32,000 nt of DNA from Alcanivorax sp. (GTDB lineage: Bacteria; Pseudomonadota; Gammaproteobacteria; Pseudomonadales; Alcanivoracaceae). This document shows, one piece after another, positions 27,375 to 32,000 of the stretch (position 1 is its first letter; the number at the start of each line of letters is the position of its first letter). Made by a program: the position numbers and the translations under genes. The DNA is taken from positions 254,307-286,306 of the forward strand of contig JAKUPL010000003.1 in the NCBI GenBank assembly GCA_022449455.1, read 5' to 3'. The notes under the pieces are model-generated. The model did no database searches. It was not told the origin of the DNA and saw nothing but the letters and a program-made list of their open reading frames with translations.

Positions 27375-28499
27375 CTAATCGTCCTGCAGCTCTCTTTCCG
27401 CACGACCGCCCAGATAGAGGGCGGCCGCCGTCGGTACCACCAGGCTCAGCACCCGGTTCCAGCGGGCCAGCGGCGCGGCGGTGACATAGACGATGTCCCG
27501 GGACTGAAGGGTGAAGCTGTCCGCCAGCACCAGGGCGGCGGCGTCCTTGGCGTTGAGCTGGTAGACGTCGATGCCGTGGTCGGCGCCGGCCGGCGCCTTG
27601 CGGAACACGAACACCCCGGAGGCGTCGGAAGTGGACGGGTCCAGGCCGCCCTTCTCGGACAGGGCCTCGGCCAGGGTCATGCCATTGCGGCCCATGGGCA
27701 GGCTCGAGGGTCGCCGCACCTCGCCGAGCACGAACACCTTGTTCTCTTCCGCGCGGGCCACGTTGATCACGTCGCCGGGCTGCAACAGGATGTTCTGCGC
27801 CGCGTTGCCGTCCTGGTAAATGTTGCGCAGGGACAGGCTGTAGTCACGACCGTCCCGGGTCAGCAGCACGTTGGACCAGTCGGCGGTTTCGCTGATGCCG
27901 CCGGCGGCGCTGATGGCGTCCACCAGGCGCAGGGGAATGTTGGTAATCGGGTAGGTGCCGGGCTGGCCCACGGAGCCGGTGACGTAGACCTTCTTGCTGC
28001 GGAAGGCGGCCACGGTCACGTCCACCTGGGGGTTCTCGATGTACTGGCCCAGGCGCCGGGTGATCATGGTGCGGATTTCGTTCACGTTGAGGCCGGCCAC
28101 CTCCACGGTGCCCACATAGGGATAGAAGATGGTGCCGTCGTTGTGCACCCAGTTGCCGGATTCCGTGGAACTGCGCTGGGAGCCGGCGGGGATGGTCAGC
28201 TCCGGGTGGTCCCAGACGGTGACGTTGAGCACGTCGCCGGGGCCCACTTGGTAGTCGTAGTCCTCGGACACCGACTCCAGCCCTTCCGGAGTGCCGATGG
28301 CGGTGTCGGTTTTGGGGTCATTGAGGATGGCGGTGCTGATCTGGTGCACGCGGATGATGTCCGGCAGCGCCTCGGCGTCGGCGCCGTCGTCCTCGGCGAA
28401 CCAGCCGGGGGACTCGGAATGGTGGGATCCGGGCACCACCGTGCAACCGCCCAACAGCAGTACCGGCAGCGCGGCGGAGAGTAACCGTAATGCGTTCAT
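27375..28499 (-). CDS. wza: Outer-membrane polysaccharide export lipoprotein (Wza/OPX)
   Basis: 374 aa. Has a lipobox (LLLGGC), the PES motif region (YQVGPGDVLNVTVWDHPEL), and repeated soluble-ligand-binding-like segments. Confidence 0.9.
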   Translation of the reverse strand: MNALRLLSAALPVLLLGGCTVVPGSHHSESPGWFAEDDGADAEALPDIIRVHQISTAILNDPKTDTAIGTPEGLESVSEDYDYQVGPGDVLNVTVWDHPELTIPAGSQRSSTESGNWVHNDGTIFYPYVGTVEVAGLNVNEIRTMITRRLGQYIENPQVDVTVAAFRSKKVYVTGSVGQPGTYPITNIPLRLVDAISAAGGISETADWSNVLLTRDGRDYSLSLRNIYQDGNAAQNILLQPGDVINVARAEENKVFVLGEVRRPSSLPMGRNGMTLAEALSEKGGLDPSTSDASGVFVFRKAPAGADHGIDVYQLNAKDAAALVLADSFTLQSRDIVYVTAAPLARWNRVLSLVVPTAAALYLGGRAERELQDD

Positions 28500-28544
28500 G
28501 TTCCCTGAATCACTCCGTTGGTTGTCTTTTTTCAGCGGCCAGGC

Positions 28545-30059
28545 TTACCAGGCAAAACTGCGTTGCCATTGGGCCATGGCGGTGACCCGCTCACGCTCGC
28601 CGTCAAAGGTGTCGATGGGGTCGTCGCTGGCGGCCAGGGCCCAGGTCATGCGCCCGCCCAGCAGGCCGTGTTCCAGGCGCAGCTCGGCGACCACCACGTC
28701 CTGTTCGTCCACCGCCTGCAGGATCTCGGCGCCGCCGTCAGCGATTACGGTGTTCTTGCGACCCTGAGCATTCAGCGTAGCACTCGTGAGCGCGGCGGTG
28801 GCCACCCAGCCGCTGCGGAAGAACTGCTGCAGCCCCAGCGTCAGGGTGCGGGCGTCCCCTTCGAAGGTGGTGGCCAGATTACGGCCGTAATAGCGGAAGC
28901 CACTCCGATAGGTGCTGTGCTCGTAAGCGACGTTATAACGGGCGTCGCTGAAGGTGCGGCCGGCCACGGTGTCCGAGGCTTCCAGGAACAGGCGCTGGTG
29001 GCCCTCGCCCAGGCCGGTGAGCAGGTCCAGGCCCGCCAAGGTGGAGAATTTGGACGGCAGGCCGCCGGCTTCGTCCTCGCCCATGGCCTGGCCGTAGAGG
29101 CCGGTGGGCACGCCGAACACCGGGAAGCTGGCGCGGAAATCCAGACCCGCGATCTGGTTGCCTGGATCGGTCTCTGTGGTCAAGCCGGAACTAAGACCGT
29201 TATCTTTGCCGGCCAGTGCGTCGCTGAAAGAGTCCCAGCTCTCCGGGCGCCCTTCCCCACCCCACTGGAACAGCCGGGTCAGGCCGATCTGCAGAAAATT
29301 CGCCGGGCGGAAGGTGAAGCGGCCACCGATCAGCTTGGCATCGGGCACCGCCCGGTCCTGTTCCAACTGGCCGGCGAAGCCCTGGAAGTCCCAGGGACCG
29401 ATCCAGGACAGCCAGCGGGAGCGCGGCGCATAGGGCGTTTGCCGGCCAAACCACAGGCCGGTGACCGGGCGGGCGTTGTTGGACAGCGCCAGGGAGCTGT
29501 GCCAGCCCGGGCCCCACCAGCGGTCGATGGCACCGGCGCCGAGCTGCCAGTTGCCGAAGCGGCCGGCCACGTAGCTGCCGTCCAGGCGCGCTTCCCGGTC
29601 TTCCCGGTCGTTGTCCACGTATTGGGCGCGCACCCGGGCGGCGAAGCGGCGGCCGGTGACGCTCACCGCGGCGGAGGCGTCGGCCTCGCCCCGGGGCTGG
29701 TCGCCGTAGTGGCGGAACAGGGGTTCGTCGTTGGCGCCGCCGACGGTGAGCGTGGCGGTGCGGCCGGCGGTCTTGGCGCGGTCCAGACGGGCGCGCAGCC
29801 AGGTGGCGTGTTCGGAGGCCAGGCAGGCGTCGCTGGCGCCATTGAGGCCATGGGCCACCGCCGACCAGTTGAGCGGCCAGGTCAGGGTCAGGCCGTCGAA
29901 GCAGCCCTGGGCGGACAGCGCTTCAATATGATGACGGGCCTGCAGGTCGCCGGTTTCCACCCAGGGGGCGGTCCAGGAGGCGGCGCCGGCGGCGCCGCTG
30001 AGGCCGATGCCCATGCTCAGCAGAAAAGCCGTCTTCCATCTGTTACCCGGGTTCACCAC
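28545..30059 (-). CDS. wzi: Capsule assembly outer-membrane protein Wzi
   Basis: 504 aa with a GTG start preceded by AGGAA, and a signal peptide. The N-terminal ETGDLQARHHIEALSAQGCFDGLTLTWPLNW resembles the Wzi helical bundle and is followed by beta-barrel-like sequence. The gene sits immediately 5' of wza-wzb-wzc, as in group 1 capsule loci. Confidence 0.75.
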   Translation of the reverse strand: MVNPGNRWKTAFLLSMGIGLSGAAGAASWTAPWVETGDLQARHHIEALSAQGCFDGLTLTWPLNWSAVAHGLNGASDACLASEHATWLRARLDRAKTAGRTATLTVGGANDEPLFRHYGDQPRGEADASAAVSVTGRRFAARVRAQYVDNDREDREARLDGSYVAGRFGNWQLGAGAIDRWWGPGWHSSLALSNNARPVTGLWFGRQTPYAPRSRWLSWIGPWDFQGFAGQLEQDRAVPDAKLIGGRFTFRPANFLQIGLTRLFQWGGEGRPESWDSFSDALAGKDNGLSSGLTTETDPGNQIAGLDFRASFPVFGVPTGLYGQAMGEDEAGGLPSKFSTLAGLDLLTGLGEGHQRLFLEASDTVAGRTFSDARYNVAYEHSTYRSGFRYYGRNLATTFEGDARTLTLGLQQFFRSGWVATAALTSATLNAQGRKNTVIADGGAEILQAVDEQDVVVAELRLEHGLLGGRMTWALAASDDPIDTFDGERERVTAMAQWQRSFAW

Positions 30060-30225
30060 AAGCGCGTTCCTGCTGCCAGTTCGTTGATGTTCTGTTGCTG
30101 CCGTTCCGAAGGAGGCATTTTACATGCCGGCTACTGAATTGCGACACGCATTGCCCGGCGTCGGGTTTTGCTATCGGCGGCGGCGACGGATCCTTGAGCC
30201 GGCCCTGCCGCCAGCGGCCTCCGGG

Positions 30226-30237
30226 CACGCTACCGCC
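30226..30237 (-). promoter_or_regulatory. ops (operon polarity suppressor) element, RfaH loading site
   Basis: The minus strand reads GGCGGTAGCGTG, an exact match to the ops consensus GGCGGTAGnnTG. It lies in the 255-nt leader between the rfaH stop and the wzi start. Confidence 0.8.
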
Positions 30238-30283
30238 ACGGGGTTGGCCGTCGATTCCCCGGGAACGGTCCTTCTTTGCCAGG

Positions 30284-30301
30284 GGCGCGGCGGGCCGCGC
30301 C
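30284..30301 (-). promoter_or_regulatory. GC-rich hairpin between rfaH and ops (7-bp stem, 4-nt loop); possible attenuator or terminator without a U-tract
   Basis: The minus strand reads GGCGCGG-CCCG-CCGCGCC, starting 13 nt after the rfaH stop. Confidence 0.35.
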
Positions 30302-30314
30302 GGTTGTCGCCGCC

Positions 30315-30827
30315 TCAGTGGCCCGCCAGCGGGCTCACGTCCTTCAGGGCCAGATTCAGGCGGTGCTGTTTGTGCAGCATTTCCAGCAGCACAATGGCCC
30401 GCTGCTCGCCATCATAGGCCTGGAAGGTGGCTTCCAGGTTGGCGAAGGGGCCGTTTTCAATGCGTAGCCGATCGCCGGCGCGGATCGCCGGGCGGCTGTC
30501 CTGGTCGTCGTTATCGTCACGGGTGCGCTGGATCAGCGCGTCCACCACCCCGTCGGGGACCCGCGCCGGCTGATCGCCGAACGCCACCAGCCGGTTGACG
30601 CCGCGGGTGGAGCGCACGGTATGCCAGCTGGGGCCGTAATCCTGGAATTGGACGAACAGATAACCGGGAAACAGGGGTTCGGTGCGGTGGGTGCGCCGGC
30701 CGGCGCGCAGTTTCTCAACGCGGAGGCACGGCTGGAAGCAGGTGAAGCCTTGGTTCTCCAGGTTTTCCTGTGCGCGGAAATTCTGGTTGGCGCGGCATTG
30801 GACCACGTACCAGGCATTGCTACTCAT
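30315..30827 (-). CDS. rfaH: RfaH-type NusG paralog (operon-specific transcription antiterminator)
   Basis: Trimmed to M21 (MSSNAWYVVQCRANQNFRAQENLENQGF...EPLFPGYLFVQF...STRGVNRLVAFGDQPARVP...). It tracks E. coli RfaH (WYLLYCKRGQ..., EPLFPNYLFVEF, ATRGVSHFVRFG..PAIVP) along the NGN domain and has a KOW-like C-terminus. Confidence 0.85.
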   Translation of the reverse strand: MSSNAWYVVQCRANQNFRAQENLENQGFTCFQPCLRVEKLRAGRRTHRTEPLFPGYLFVQFQDYGPSWHTVRSTRGVNRLVAFGDQPARVPDGVVDALIQRTRDDNDDQDSRPAIRAGDRLRIENGPFANLEATFQAYDGEQRAIVLLEMLHKQHRLNLALKDVSPLAGH

Positions 30828-31162
30828 ACCCTGCTTCCATAAGTGGGTGTGTCCGGGGGAGCCGGACGATTCCGTTAACCAAAACAATTACCGCGGAAGC
30901 TTAGCGCGAAATGGACGGCTCCGCCGCTTTCTTCACGCCCAGATTTGTTGGCATTGTTTTACGGCCCCCCGTAAGAAGACACGATGCTAGTGCAGTTTAT
31001 TTCGGCGATCAATACGACGTCCCAGTCTCCAGGACGCTTCGCCGGCAGCATGAAAACACGGTCTTCACGACGTTCGCCACCGTCTTGCGGCGGAACCATC
31101 TTTTCGTCCGAGCTCCGGCCATTCTTTCTACCTAGACCTGTATGGACAACCGCGCCGGCCCG

Positions 31163-31573
31163 TTATTGCGTCGGGTAACGGCTGGCCTGGAGTTCCAGGT
31201 TCAGTTCCTCCCGGGTGAACTCCAGTTCCAACTCCTCGTCTTCCTCGGAAAAGTCCCGCAGGGCGTCGCCGATGCTGGCGGTGGGGAAGGCGCGCCCAAT
31301 CTCGCGGATCACGGCCAGCAGCTGCGCCGGGCCCTGGTCCGCGTTCGGGGCGCGGTAGAGCATTTCCAGGCCGTGGCCGTCGGGCACGATGGTGGTATAG
31401 GGATCGACCAGGCCGCTGTCGTCCTCCGGGTCCGGGTATTCGATCACCGGGGTGGCGTAGCGATCAACGCCCTCAATCTCCAAATCGTCGCGGTGGGCGA
31501 TAAACGCTTCCATGTCGGGCACCGGGTCAGCCCCTACGGGGAAACGAACTTGCATCCAGACTGTGTAGGCCAT
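31163..31573 (-). CDS. Hypothetical acidic protein (136 aa)
   Basis: Trimmed to M12 (MAYTVWMQVRFPVG...), which is preceded by a strong GGGAGGAGAG Shine-Dalgarno. The C-terminus is highly acidic (SEEDEELELEFTREELNLELQ). I do not recognise a family. Confidence 0.5.
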   Translation of the reverse strand: MAYTVWMQVRFPVGADPVPDMEAFIAHRDDLEIEGVDRYATPVIEYPDPEDDSGLVDPYTTIVPDGHGLEMLYRAPNADQGPAQLLAVIREIGRAFPTASIGDALRDFSEEDEELELEFTREELNLELQASRYPTQ

Positions 31574-31749
31574 GGTTCTCTCCTCCCTGATTGTTATTGT
31601 ATCCACCGACCTTCAATGGCGACCGACACAATAGTGCCAAAATGCTATCGCCACGCCAAGCCGGAATCCCATACCCGGATTATGGTTCCTCCCCGGGCCG
31701 CGTTTTTCAATGCGCGCGGCCCCCTTCGCCCGGCTTTTCGGCGTGCCGC

Positions 31750-32000
<251 letters not shown>

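Noticed and set aside
25002-28484. 1160-aa + strand ORF, the longest ORF in the track
   Set aside because: It lies antisense to wzc, wzb and wza, which have unmistakable family motifs. Its translation is low-complexity Gly/Ala/Arg/His-rich sequence, typical of stop-free antisense frames in 65% GC DNA.
30957-30976. Hairpin TTACGG-cccc-CCGTAA upstream of rfaH
   Set aside because: It is a short 6-bp stem with no U-tract in the direction of transcription on either strand. That is not enough to call a terminator or regulatory element.
31660-31720. GGGCCGCG...CGCGGCCC stem downstream of cysC as a terminator
   Set aside because: It has a 12-nt loop and no following U-tract on the minus strand. I could not define a convincing promoter for the next gene either, so I left it uncalled.

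Overview
Nearly the whole window is one minus-strand polysaccharide (capsule/O-antigen type) biosynthesis and export locus, read right to left. Gene order is: partial cysC (APS kinase), a small acidic hypothetical, rfaH, an exact ops element (GGCGGTAGCGTG), wzi-wza-wzb-wzc (group-1-capsule-like export set), a tviB/wbpO-like UDP-HexNAc dehydrogenase, a tviC/wbpP-like 4-epimerase, a beta-CASP MBL hydrolase, an acyltransferase_3/SGNH O-acetyltransferase, rmlB-rmlA, a DegT-type aminotransferase, a sulfotransferase, wzx, a second sulfotransferase, a GT56 (WecF-like) transferase, two GT4 genes, an EpsG-like wzy, a GT4, a ~2 kb mosaic islet, wbpD-wbpE-GT-wbpB, and a partial GT that runs off the left edge. 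Composition is strongly mosaic. By-eye counts on sampled 60-nt lines give about 65% GC for the backbone (1-4470, 6552-7667, 20678-32000), about 30-45% for the serotype-specific core (7668 to ~15700) and the acyltransferase (18451-20677), and about 50-57% for ~15700-18450 (5' part of the aminotransferase, rmlA, rmlB). Four things look most worth follow-up. (1) Two sulfotransferases are translationally coupled into an ECA-like dTDP-4-amino-sugar/wzx/GT56 module that has no N-acyltransferase, and an APS kinase sits at the locus edge. (2) A cis-encoded RfaH lies immediately upstream of a perfect ops. (3) The 4471-6551 islet carries two toxin-antitoxin-like gene pairs among fragments of a decayed glycosyltransferase paralog and an Rpn-type transposase remnant. 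(4) G12 and C8 homopolymers sit at the islet/GT junction. I saw no rRNA, tRNA, CRISPR array, intact IS or integrase, and no initiating phosphoglycosyl transferase inside the window. All homology statements come from motif recognition and recalled family sequences, not from a database search.
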